Shown here in pieces: positions 1 through 8,411 of a DNA stretch of 43,041 nt. This DNA comes from Anaerolineae bacterium. GTDB lineage: Bacteria; Chloroflexota; Anaerolineae; J102. Where the stretch lies: the NCBI GenBank assembly GCA_015493675.1, contig WGCR01000550.1:1-43041 (forward strand). The letters are read 5' to 3'. Under the pieces are notes generated by a model. It saw nothing but the letters and a program-made list of their open reading frames with translations, was not told the DNA's origin and searched no databases. The position numbers were made by a program, and so were the translations under genes. How positions within the stretch are numbered: position 1 is the first letter of the stretch; every line of letters begins with the position of its first letter.

Positions 1-31
1 GCTGCTCATGGCGTCCGTTCTCGGAGCCAGA

Positions 32-1843
32 TCAGGCCCCCAGCCGCCCGAATTGTTTTTCCAGGGCCGTGGCGCTGAGATGCAGCATGGTGGGACGCCC
101 GTGCGGGCAACTACGGGGATTATCGCATTGTTCCAATTGGCGCAGGAGCTCCCGCTGTTCCGCCACCGAGAGCGCCTGCCCGCCCTTGATGGCCAGGCGC
201 TTGCAGATCATGGTGACCATGGCGTCTTCCCGGGCCTTGCCTACCAAATCGGTGCGATCGGCCAGACCCGACGCCACCTCCTCCAGCAGGCGCTGCGGAT
301 CCTGCTTGCCCATGAACGCGGGCACGGCCCGCAGCAGGTAGCTGCCCTCGCCAAATGGTTCGATCTCGAAACCGCTTTTGTTCAGAGTTTCGATGTGATC
401 GGCGATGAGTCCCGCCAGTTGGGAGCCCAACTCGATAGTGAGAGGTTGCAGCAGTTGCTGGCGGGCGATGGGCTGCTGCTCCGATTTCATAATCTTCTCG
501 TAGAGAATGCGCTCATGGGCCGCATGTTGATCGATGAGATACATGCCATCGGGCCCCTCGGCGATGAGATAGGTGGCCGCGATCTGCCCCACGGGTCGCA
601 GAGGGGGCAAGCGGTCTCCCTGGGGCTGCGGCGCAGCGGGGCGGGGAGACGCCGCCACATCGTCCCTCCCCACCAAAGGCGTTTCATGCTCCGGCTGGTG
701 AGCGCCCTGGCGATAGAGGTCCATGGCCAGTTGTCCGGGCGAGGTCTCTGTTTGCCCCGCCTGCATCAGGGTCTGACGCCGCGCAGCCCACTGGCTGCGG
801 TAATCATGGGGATGATCGGGCGTTTGCAGCTCGCGGGTGATGGGCGCCTGCCCCTGCAAGGAACGATGCACCGCCCGCTGCACCGCCCGGAAAACCAGGG
901 ACGCCTCGCGGAATCGCACCTCGGCCTTAGTGGGATGCACATTCACATCCACCAGCTCCGGCGGCATCTCGATAAACAGCGCCGCCACCGGATAACGCCC
1001 TACCATGAGCAGGGTGTGATAGGCCTGAATGACGGCAAAAGTCAGGTTACGGTCCTGAATATAGCGTCTATTGACAAAGAGCTCGATATAGCTGCGATTG
1101 CCCCGGTGCAGGCTGGGGGCGCTGACAAAGCCGCTGACGCGGATGTCTGGCGTGACAGGATCATCGTTTTCAGCCACCGGCAGCATCTGCCCGGCCACAT
1201 CGGGGCCATAGACCTTGACCAGCGCGGCCATGCGGTCGCCATTGCCGGGCGTCTGAAAGCCAAGACGGCCCTGAGTCACATAGCTGAATCGCACTTCGGG
1301 ATAAGCCAGCGCGTAGCGGGTGACGATCTTGCTGATGCGCCCCGCTTCGGCGGCATCGGTGCGCAGGAATTTCTTGCGAGCCGGCGTATTCCAGAAAAGA
1401 TGCTCCACGGTGATGCTGGTTCCGGGCGGCGCGCCGATGGCCCGCTGGCTGATGAGCTTGCTTCCCTCCAGCTTGATCTCCACGCCCGCGGCCGCGTCGG
1501 CCGGCCGGGTGATGAGCGTGGTCTTGCTGACGGCGCTGATAGCGGCCAGGGCCTCGCCCCGGAAGCCCAGGGTGGCGATGTGCTCCAGTTCATCGGCGGA
1601 GCGGATTTTGGAAGTGGCATGACGCTGAAAAGCCAGCGGCGCTTCGGTGGCGGAGATGCCGCTGCCATTATCGATGATGCGAATCAGGCGTTTGCCGCCG
1701 CCCGCAATTTCCACGCGGATATCAGTGGCTCCGGCGTCGAGGCTGTTCTCGATGAGCTCCTTGACCACCGAGGCGGGGCGCTCCACCACCTCGCCCGCGG
1801 CGATTTTGTCGGCGACATCAGAAGGCAATACGTGAATAGACAT
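32..1843 (-). CDS. mutL: DNA mismatch repair protein MutL (endonuclease-type)
   Basis: From the internal ATG at 1843 the minus ORF reads MSIHVLPSDVADKIAAGEVVERPASVVKELIENSLDAGA, the GHKL ATPase N-terminus typical of MutL. The C-terminal half carries DQHAAHERILYE (the DQHA(X)2E(X)4E nuclease motif) and CPHGRP. The 57 codons upstream in the ORF track look non-coding. Confidence 0.93.
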   Translation of the reverse strand: MSIHVLPSDVADKIAAGEVVERPASVVKELIENSLDAGATDIRVEIAGGGKRLIRIIDNGSGISATEAPLAFQRHATSKIRSADELEHIATLGFRGEALAAISAVSKTTLITRPADAAAGVEIKLEGSKLISQRAIGAPPGTSITVEHLFWNTPARKKFLRTDAAEAGRISKIVTRYALAYPEVRFSYVTQGRLGFQTPGNGDRMAALVKVYGPDVAGQMLPVAENDDPVTPDIRVSGFVSAPSLHRGNRSYIELFVNRRYIQDRNLTFAVIQAYHTLLMVGRYPVAALFIEMPPELVDVNVHPTKAEVRFREASLVFRAVQRAVHRSLQGQAPITRELQTPDHPHDYRSQWAARRQTLMQAGQTETSPGQLAMDLYRQGAHQPEHETPLVGRDDVAASPRPAAPQPQGDRLPPLRPVGQIAATYLIAEGPDGMYLIDQHAAHERILYEKIMKSEQQPIARQQLLQPLTIELGSQLAGLIADHIETLNKSGFEIEPFGEGSYLLRAVPAFMGKQDPQRLLEEVASGLADRTDLVGKAREDAMVTMICKRLAIKGGQALSVAEQRELLRQLEQCDNPRSCPHGRPTMLHLSATALEKQFGRLGA

Positions 1844-1940
1844 GGGAGTATTATAAACGCGAGAGGACGAATGGGCGAGCGTGTGAGGGGCCAGAGGCCA
1901 GAGTTTGCGCGTTGGAGGGATGTCGCGGGATAATGAGGCC

Positions 1941-2609
1941 ATGAAAACGCCACATCCCCCTGACGTGGACTGGCTCTGTTTCGACCTGGACAATACACTA
2001 TATCCTCTCAGCAACGGCCTGTGGGAGGCGATCGATCAGCGGATTCAGGACTATGTCGCCAAAACGTTGAATTTATCGCTGGATGAAGCGCGGCGGGTGC
2101 AAAAACAGTATTGGCGGCAATACGGCACCACGCTGGCGGGTCTGATGGCGGAGCATGGCGTGCAGCCAGGGCCGTATCTGGCCTATGTGCACAATTTCGA
2201 TGTGACGCCCTACATGGGACCCAACCCCGGACTGAAAGCGCTGCTGCGGGCGCTGCCCCAGCACAAGCTGATCTTTACCAATGCCTCGTCGCAACACGCG
2301 CATAACGTACTGCGGGCGCTGGAAGTGGCGGATTTCTTCGAATATGTCATTGGGGTGGAAGAAGTGGATTACATCCCCAAGCCAGACCCGCGGGCCTATC
2401 AGAAATGCCTGCTGCTGACGGGGGTGAAGCCCGTCCGCAGCATGTTCATCGACGATCTCATCGAAAATCTGAAACCGGCCAAAGAGCTGGGAATGGTGAC
2501 AGCGCTGGTCAGCCCCCGTCGGCCTGTTCACGACGAGGCGGTGGATTATCATCTGACGCGTATCGAGGACCTGGCCGGTGTGTTCGGGGTGACGCCGGAG
2601 GAGGCGTGA
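1941..2609 (+). CDS. HAD-superfamily hydrolase (pyrimidine 5'-nucleotidase-like)
   Basis: CFDLDNTLY is the HAD motif I (DxDxT). The protein also has FTNAS and a late FIDD motif. The start is placed at ATG 1941 (MKTPHPP). The gene is divergent from mutL. Confidence 0.8.
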   Translation: MKTPHPPDVDWLCFDLDNTLYPLSNGLWEAIDQRIQDYVAKTLNLSLDEARRVQKQYWRQYGTTLAGLMAEHGVQPGPYLAYVHNFDVTPYMGPNPGLKALLRALPQHKLIFTNASSQHAHNVLRALEVADFFEYVIGVEEVDYIPKPDPRAYQKCLLLTGVKPVRSMFIDDLIENLKPAKELGMVTALVSPRRPVHDEAVDYHLTRIEDLAGVFGVTPEEA

Positions 2610-2828
2610 GCCATCAGCAATCCAACCGCGGGCGCGGGCGCGCCGACACCGATGAAAATGACGCTGGCCAACAGACCGTGGACGGTCGTGTTCGACGCCT
2701 GGCATCGTCCATCGCCCCCGGCCTATCGTCTACTTTCAAAACAGACGCAATGAGCGGCAGCACGCCGATAAGGAATGAAAATGAGGACACGGATTTCCAC
2801 GGCCTTCGGTCACAGATTTTCACGATTT

Positions 2829-2858
2829 ATCCGCGTTCATCCGCGTTCATCTGCGTCC
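2829..2858. repeat. Three phased decamers: ATCCGCGTTC, ATCCGCGTTC, ATCTGCGTCC
   Basis: Read directly from the sequence. This is a 10-nt-period tandem repeat ending 27 nt upstream of the first glycosyltransferase start at 2885. Confidence 0.9.
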
Positions 2859-2884
2859 TATTTACGAAGCAGGGACGGTGGGAG

Positions 2885-3835
2885 ATGACGCCTCCGCAAT
2901 TGAGTATCGTCATCGTAAGCTGGAATGTGCGGGAGCTTTTGTTGCGCTGTCTTCAGGCGCTACCGGCAGCGGTGGAGGACCTCTCGTATGAGGTGATCGT
3001 GGTGGACAACGCGTCGGAGGACGGCACGGTGGCAGCGGTGCAGAGCTCCTTTCCGGAGGTGAAGGTGAAGGTCAATCAGCGCAATCTGTTCTATGCCGCG
3101 GCTGCGAATCAGGGGCTGGCGCTGGCAAACGGCAGCTATATTTTGCTGATGAATCCAGACATGCTCCCACATCCTCACAGCATCGCCCGGTTGTTCCGCT
3201 ACGCGGAAGCGCATCCCCGGGCCGGGTTGCTGGGGCCGCGCATCTTCGACGCCCGGGGGCAGGACGATTGGCGCACAGGACGGGAGTATCCCACGCCCTG
3301 GTCGGAATTTGTAGATTGGTCGGGCCTGGCGCATTTATTTTCATTCATGCCATTTTTGTTAAAAAACCGTCGTCTGGCGTATGATAGGGATCAGAGTTCG
3401 GCTGTGCCTCTGCTTTCCGGGGCGTGTCTCCTTTTTCCTCCCCAATTACCTGCTTCCCTGCGCCAATTTGATTCCGGTTTTCTCATGTACGGCGAAGATA
3501 TCGATCTTTGTCGGCGCATCGACCGCGCCAGACTTCAGAAAATCCTGGTCTCCGACGCCCGCATGACGCATATCGGCGGCGCCAGCAGCAAGCAACAGCC
3601 GGTCATCACAGCACTGTTGGCGGTCGTAGCGATGAATCGGTATTTTCATCAATGGGATGGCAGGCTCACAGCCTGGCTGCATCGGGCGCTGATGGGCCTG
3701 ATCAGCCTGACAAAAACCGTCGTTTTTTGCACCGGCAGTGTGATACACGCCCAATGGCGAAAAAGATGCCGGACATATCGGCGCATCCTGAACTGGGCTA
3801 TTCTGGGAGCTGCCAGGAATGTCATCTTGGGTTAG
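2885..3835 (+). CDS. Glycosyltransferase family 2 (rhamnosyltransferase-like)
   Basis: LSIVIVSWNVRELLLRCLQAL...EVIVVDNASEDGT...LLMNPD is the GT2 DxD-type N-terminal fold. The start is taken at ATG 2885. The upstream 160 codons of the ORF cross the repeat region and look non-coding. Confidence 0.85.
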   Translation: MTPPQLSIVIVSWNVRELLLRCLQALPAAVEDLSYEVIVVDNASEDGTVAAVQSSFPEVKVKVNQRNLFYAAAANQGLALANGSYILLMNPDMLPHPHSIARLFRYAEAHPRAGLLGPRIFDARGQDDWRTGREYPTPWSEFVDWSGLAHLFSFMPFLLKNRRLAYDRDQSSAVPLLSGACLLFPPQLPASLRQFDSGFLMYGEDIDLCRRIDRARLQKILVSDARMTHIGGASSKQQPVITALLAVVAMNRYFHQWDGRLTAWLHRALMGLISLTKTVVFCTGSVIHAQWRKRCRTYRRILNWAILGAARNVILG

Positions 3836-3902
3836 CGCCTTATCCCATTTGTGATGTAAAATAATTTTTTGTACGCATCTCTCCATCCCCCCGCTCGATG
3901 TC

Positions 3903-4949
3903 ATGATTAAACCCAATCCCCTGCCTCTGAATTTGCGCGCATCCGTCATCATCCCGGCCTACAACGCCAGCGATGTATTGCCGCGCTGCTTGCAGGCGCT
4001 GGAACATCAAACGATTCCCCAGGATCAATACGAAGTCATCGTCATCGATGATGGCAGCACCGACGACACGGCAGAGCTGGCCCGGGGTGGCGGCGCACAG
4101 GTAATGACAGTCAATCACGTAGGCCCGGCGGCAGCCCGCAACGCAGGCGCCGAACTGGCCCGAGCCGATATTATCGTCTTTACAGACGCCGATTGCGAAC
4201 CCGCTCCCGATTTTATCGAACGCATTCTGGAACCCTTCGATGCGCCGGTGGTCAGTGGCGCCCGCGGCGTCTATCGCACCCAGCAGAAGTCGCTGGTAGC
4301 CCGTTTCATCCAACTGGAATACGAGGAGCGTTATCAGCGTATCGCCAAAGTGGAAGATGAACATGGATCCGTCGACGCCCTGGACACCTCTTATGCGGCT
4401 TACCGACGCGATGTCTTTCTCGATGCCGGCGGTTTCGACACCCGCTATCTTCAAGCCGCAGTGGAAGATCATGAGCTTTCTTATCGATTGGCCCACGAAG
4501 GCCATATTTTCCGGTTCGCGCCGGCAGCGGCTGTGTATCATTGGCACGTAGACAGCATCAGCCAATACGCCCGCCGCAAATTCCGCATCGGTTATTGGAA
4601 GGCGTTTCTCACCAAACAATATCCCAATTACGCTATCAATGATTCACACACCACACAAAGCCTGAAGGTGCAGATTCTGTTGGCGGCCATCTTGCCATTC
4701 ACGCTCATCCTGTGGCCGTTCTGGCCGATGGCGGGCTGGCTGTCTCTGGCATTGATCGCGATCTTTCTTCTCAGCGCCATACCGTTGCTGAAACTCATCT
4801 ACCAACGCGAACGTCCCGTGCTGCTGATTGCACTCCCCATGCTGTTTGTACGCGCCTACGCCTCGGGCCTGGGATTCGTGTGGGGGCTTATTCATGGCCC
4901 GGCCGAAGCCCCGCAAAAAACGCATGTCCTGCGCACAGGGCCACAATAA
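3903..4949 (+). CDS. Glycosyltransferase family 2 with C-terminal transmembrane helices
   Basis: SVIIPAYNASDVLPRCLQAL...VIVIDDGSTDDT...FTDADCEP...VEDHELSYRL. A hydrophobic C-terminal third follows (ILLAAILPFTLILWPFWPMAGWLSLALIAIFLL...). Confidence 0.85.
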   Translation: MIKPNPLPLNLRASVIIPAYNASDVLPRCLQALEHQTIPQDQYEVIVIDDGSTDDTAELARGGGAQVMTVNHVGPAAARNAGAELARADIIVFTDADCEPAPDFIERILEPFDAPVVSGARGVYRTQQKSLVARFIQLEYEERYQRIAKVEDEHGSVDALDTSYAAYRRDVFLDAGGFDTRYLQAAVEDHELSYRLAHEGHIFRFAPAAAVYHWHVDSISQYARRKFRIGYWKAFLTKQYPNYAINDSHTTQSLKVQILLAAILPFTLILWPFWPMAGWLSLALIAIFLLSAIPLLKLIYQRERPVLLIALPMLFVRAYASGLGFVWGLIHGPAEAPQKTHVLRTGPQ

Positions 4950-5014
4950 CGCCATTATCGCTCCCTGTTTAACCAGGATCGTCCTGTCATGAATTCGAGG
5001 AGATTTACAAAGTC

Positions 5015-6709
5015 ATGGAATTACGTCAATATTGGGAATTACTAAGAAAATGGTTGTGGCTCATCCTGCTGACCACGATTATCGCCGCCCTGGCCGCCTA
5101 TTTCTTCAGTTCCCGTCAGACGCCCATCTATCGGGCCTCAACGCGGCTGCTGGTCAGCCAGAGCGTCAGCAACAGCGCCTCACTGCAATATGCTGATATC
5201 CTGGCGGCGGAGCGACTCTCCAGCACCTACGCCCAAATGCTCACCGCCCGTCCGCTGCTGAAAGCCGCCATCGCCAAGGCGGGCCTGACCGGCATTATCG
5301 CGCCGGAAGATCTGGCCAAATCCGTATCGGTGCAGCCTGTGCGAGACACACAGCTCATTGATCTCCATGTCGAATATCCTGACCCGGTCATCGCAGCCAA
5401 ACTGGCCAACGCCCTGCCCGCAGTCTTCGTCGAATTCAATAATCAACAACAAACAGCGCGCTACCAGGAGTTGAAAACATCCCTGCAGCAACAATTGCAG
5501 GAGCTCAGCCAGGAAATCCAGGACACTGACGCAAAACTGCAAGAGCTGACCGACGCCACCGATGCTGAAAGCAAAGCCCGCCAGGCTGTTCTGGAGGATC
5601 GACTGGCCCAGTACCGCAGCACATTCGGCAATGTCCTGGCTCAGTTGGAAAACATCCGTCTGGCCGAAGCCAACGCGCTGGACACCATCACCGTGGTGGA
5701 GCAAGCGGAAGTGCCGCGACGCCCCGTGCGACCGCGAGTGTTGATGAACACCCTGCTGGCAGCCATCATTGGCGGCATGATCGGCCTGGGCGCTGCTTTT
5801 CTCATCGAATATCTGGATGATTCCATCAAATCTCCTGACGATATCGCTCGCCTTACTTCGGTCAGCACATTGGGCGTGATTGCCAGAGGCAAAGACGATA
5901 AAACGAACGCCATCATCACCCTGGAAGACCCGCGCTCTCCCACCGCCGAAGCTTATCGCACTGTCCGCACAGGCATCCAGTTTGCCAGCGTGGATAATCC
6001 CGTCCGCACCATTGTAGTCACCAGCGCCGGGCCGGGCGAGGGCAAAAGCACGACAACAGCCAACCTGGCCGTCGTTATGGCGCAGGCGAATAAAAAAGTT
6101 ATCCTGATCGATGCAGACCTGCGCAAACCCACCCAACACAAACGCTGGGGCGTGCCCAACACGGTGGGGCTCACCGGCGCGCTGCTGATGGATGAACTCT
6201 CCGCCAATCTGGATTATCTGCTCGCCCCCACCCAGGTGGAAAACCTGTGGCTGCTCACAAGCGGCCAATTGCCCCACAACCCTTCCGAATTGCTGGGCTC
6301 CCACAAACTGAAACTGCTCACAGAGCACCTGCTCAAAGACTACGATATCCTGATTTTCGATTCGCCGCCGGCGCTGGCAGTAACCGACCCGGTCATTCTG
6401 AGTCAGGAAATGGATGGCGTCATCATCGTTGTCGACGCCGGCAGCACGCGCGAACCGGCGCTGGCCCATATCCTGTCCGAAATGGAAAAGGCAAAAGCGC
6501 ATATCCTGGGCTTTGTGCTCAACCGATACAGCAATCGCAGCAACGCAGGCTACTACTACTATTACTACAACCGTTATTATCGGGAAGATGATTCCGAGTC
6601 GCCAGGCGACGGCGATCATAAGGGCAAGCAGCGACGCAGAACCAAAAAAAGCCGCAAATCAGGCAACAAAAACTGGCTCATCCGCCAATTTTCCCGTTTA
6701 ACACGCTAA
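5015..6709 (+). CDS. wzc: Polysaccharide co-polymerase (Wzz domain) fused to a BY tyrosine autokinase
   Basis: The N-terminus has a TM helix plus a Wzz-like region and a coiled coil. It is followed by a second TM helix, then a Walker A (VTSAGPGEGKSTTTANLA) and Walker A'/B (ILIDADLRKP, ILIFDSPP). The tyrosine cluster is GYYYYYYNRYY. Confidence 0.9.
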   Translation: MELRQYWELLRKWLWLILLTTIIAALAAYFFSSRQTPIYRASTRLLVSQSVSNSASLQYADILAAERLSSTYAQMLTARPLLKAAIAKAGLTGIIAPEDLAKSVSVQPVRDTQLIDLHVEYPDPVIAAKLANALPAVFVEFNNQQQTARYQELKTSLQQQLQELSQEIQDTDAKLQELTDATDAESKARQAVLEDRLAQYRSTFGNVLAQLENIRLAEANALDTITVVEQAEVPRRPVRPRVLMNTLLAAIIGGMIGLGAAFLIEYLDDSIKSPDDIARLTSVSTLGVIARGKDDKTNAIITLEDPRSPTAEAYRTVRTGIQFASVDNPVRTIVVTSAGPGEGKSTTTANLAVVMAQANKKVILIDADLRKPTQHKRWGVPNTVGLTGALLMDELSANLDYLLAPTQVENLWLLTSGQLPHNPSELLGSHKLKLLTEHLLKDYDILIFDSPPALAVTDPVILSQEMDGVIIVVDAGSTREPALAHILSEMEKAKAHILGFVLNRYSNRSNAGYYYYYYNRYYREDDSESPGDGDHKGKQRRRTKKSRKSGNKNWLIRQFSRLTR

Positions 6710-6724
6710 TCTCGAAACGAATTC

Positions 6725-7693
6725 ATGGTTGAACGCATCCTCATCACCGGCGGCGCCGGCTTTATTGGCAGCCACCTGGCGGAACAACTGCTCGATTCAG
6801 GTAAAGAAGTCGCGATTCTCGATAACCTCTCCACCGGGCGATTCGAAAACATCGCACATTTGGTGGGACGCCCCGGCTTTTCGTTCGCCATCGCCAGCAT
6901 CACCGACACGCCGGTTTTGGATCGACTGGCCAGCGAGAGCCAGGCCATCGTTCATCTGGCCGCGGCGGTAGGCGTCAAACTGGTGGTGGAGCAGCCGGTG
7001 CAGACCATCGAGACCAACATCATGGGGGCGGAGGCTGTACTGAAAGCAGCAGCCCGCTATCGGGCCAAGGTGCTCATCGCCTCCACCTCTGAAGTCTACG
7101 GCAAGGGCGTACGCGTCCCCTTCCGGGAAGATGATAATGTGGTGCTGGGCCCCACCAGCCGCAATCGCTGGGCTTACGCCGCCTCTAAAATGGTGGATGA
7201 ATTTCTGGGGCTGGCTTATTTTCAGAAATACGATCTGCCAGTGGTAATCGCCCGCCTTTTCAACACCGTTGGCCCCCGCCAGACTGGCCGCTATGGCATG
7301 GTCATCCCCCGATTTGTGGGACAGGCCCTGCGCAACGAGCCCATCACAGTCTATGGCGACGGCTCCCAAAGCCGCTGCTTCTGCGATGTCAGCGACACAG
7401 TGCGGGCACTGGAAGCGCTGCTCGAACAGAAAGAAGCGGTGGGCAGGGTGTTCAATGTGGGTTCGACCGAGGAGATCAGCATTTTGGAGCTGGCCCGACG
7501 CGTGAAATCCCGTCTGAACAGTGATTCGCCCATCCAATTCATTCCTTATGATCAAGCCTACGCCCCTGGCTTCGAAGATATGCAGCGGCGCGTGCCCGAC
7601 ATCACCCGAATTCACGCCCTGCTTGGCTGGCGCCCCCGACTGAACCTGGATGATATTTTACAACGCGTGGCGGATTGGCAACATAGCCGGTGA
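6725..7693 (+). CDS. NAD-dependent sugar-nucleotide epimerase/dehydratase (UXS/ArnA-decarboxylase-like SDR)
   Basis: ILITGGAGFIGSHL is the Rossmann motif. STSEVYGK and YAASK form the SDR catalytic S...YxxxK. The exact substrate cannot be determined from the sequence. Confidence 0.85.
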   Translation: MVERILITGGAGFIGSHLAEQLLDSGKEVAILDNLSTGRFENIAHLVGRPGFSFAIASITDTPVLDRLASESQAIVHLAAAVGVKLVVEQPVQTIETNIMGAEAVLKAAARYRAKVLIASTSEVYGKGVRVPFREDDNVVLGPTSRNRWAYAASKMVDEFLGLAYFQKYDLPVVIARLFNTVGPRQTGRYGMVIPRFVGQALRNEPITVYGDGSQSRCFCDVSDTVRALEALLEQKEAVGRVFNVGSTEEISILELARRVKSRLNSDSPIQFIPYDQAYAPGFEDMQRRVPDITRIHALLGWRPRLNLDDILQRVADWQHSR

Positions 7694-7844
7694 CAAAGAT
7701 GGCGCTACGCGCCCATCGCCCATCTATCAACCAAGAAAATCGGCAGTGCGTCGCAGCTTTTCAGCTCCCACTGCCGTTCACAATGCCCGGAATCCGTAGC
7801 TGTTATCGCTGCGATAGCGGAGCGCGGCGCTCGACCACAACCGT

Positions 7845-8405
7845 ATGACTGGCTCTCAACAAACACTTCCCTGGTACGTCGTTTACACCAAATCACAAAA
7901 AGAATTGCAGGTCGCCAGCCTGTTGGAAGATCGCCAAAAGTTGACTGTGTATCTGCCCGAGGTGTATCAGAAATATCGGGGACAGATCCAACTGAGACCG
8001 CTTTTCCCGCGTTATCTCTTTGTCCAGATGGATCTGGAGGAGAGGGAATCGAGCGTCGTCAATCACACCCCGGGCGTGGTGCGAATGGTGTCATTCGAAG
8101 AGAAGCCGCTGCCCCTGAACGATAGCGTGATTCAGGCGATTCGGGAAGAAGTCGACAGGCTGAATGAAAGCGGCGGCCTGCCGGCAGAACATTTTTCAGA
8201 AGGCGAAACAGTGCGCCTGCGCTCCGGGCCTCTGGCTGGCATGGAAGCTGTCTTCATCAAACATCTCAGACCCCATGATCGCGTGGTGGTGCTGCTGCGC
8301 TTTCTGGGACAAGAAAACCGGGTTGAAATCGATATCTCTGAAATTGAGCCCAAACGCCGTCGCGGCACCCGTGGCCGCGGTCGCAAAATTTCTTACAGGA
8401 AGTAA
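7845..8405 (+). CDS. NusG-family transcription antiterminator paralog (RfaH/UpxY-like)
   Basis: WYVVYTKSQKE...RPLFPRYLFV is an NGN-domain signature. A KOW-like segment follows (GETVRLRSGPLAGMEAVF). The protein ends in a basic tail, KRRRGTRGRGRKISYRK. Confidence 0.8.
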   Translation: MTGSQQTLPWYVVYTKSQKELQVASLLEDRQKLTVYLPEVYQKYRGQIQLRPLFPRYLFVQMDLEERESSVVNHTPGVVRMVSFEEKPLPLNDSVIQAIREEVDRLNESGGLPAEHFSEGETVRLRSGPLAGMEAVFIKHLRPHDRVVVLLRFLGQENRVEIDISEIEPKRRRGTRGRGRKISYRK

Positions 8406-8411
8406 AGATCA

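Noticed and set aside
8-1933. 641-aa plus-strand ORF covering the mutL region
   Set aside because: It is antisense to an unmistakable mutL. Its translation is Arg/Gly/Ala/His-rich with no recognisable domain. This is a typical shadow ORF of GC-rich DNA.
2405-2884. N-terminal extensions offered by the ORF track (also 21278-21403, 23291-23446, 25255-25320, 31635-31730, 24468-24647)
   Set aside because: The extensions overlap upstream genes or cross repeat/intergenic sequence, and they translate to implausible Arg/Gly/Ser-rich peptides. Internal ATGs give family-typical N-termini, often with an SD or an ATGA overlap. The 24519 alternative for the NTase gene remains possible.
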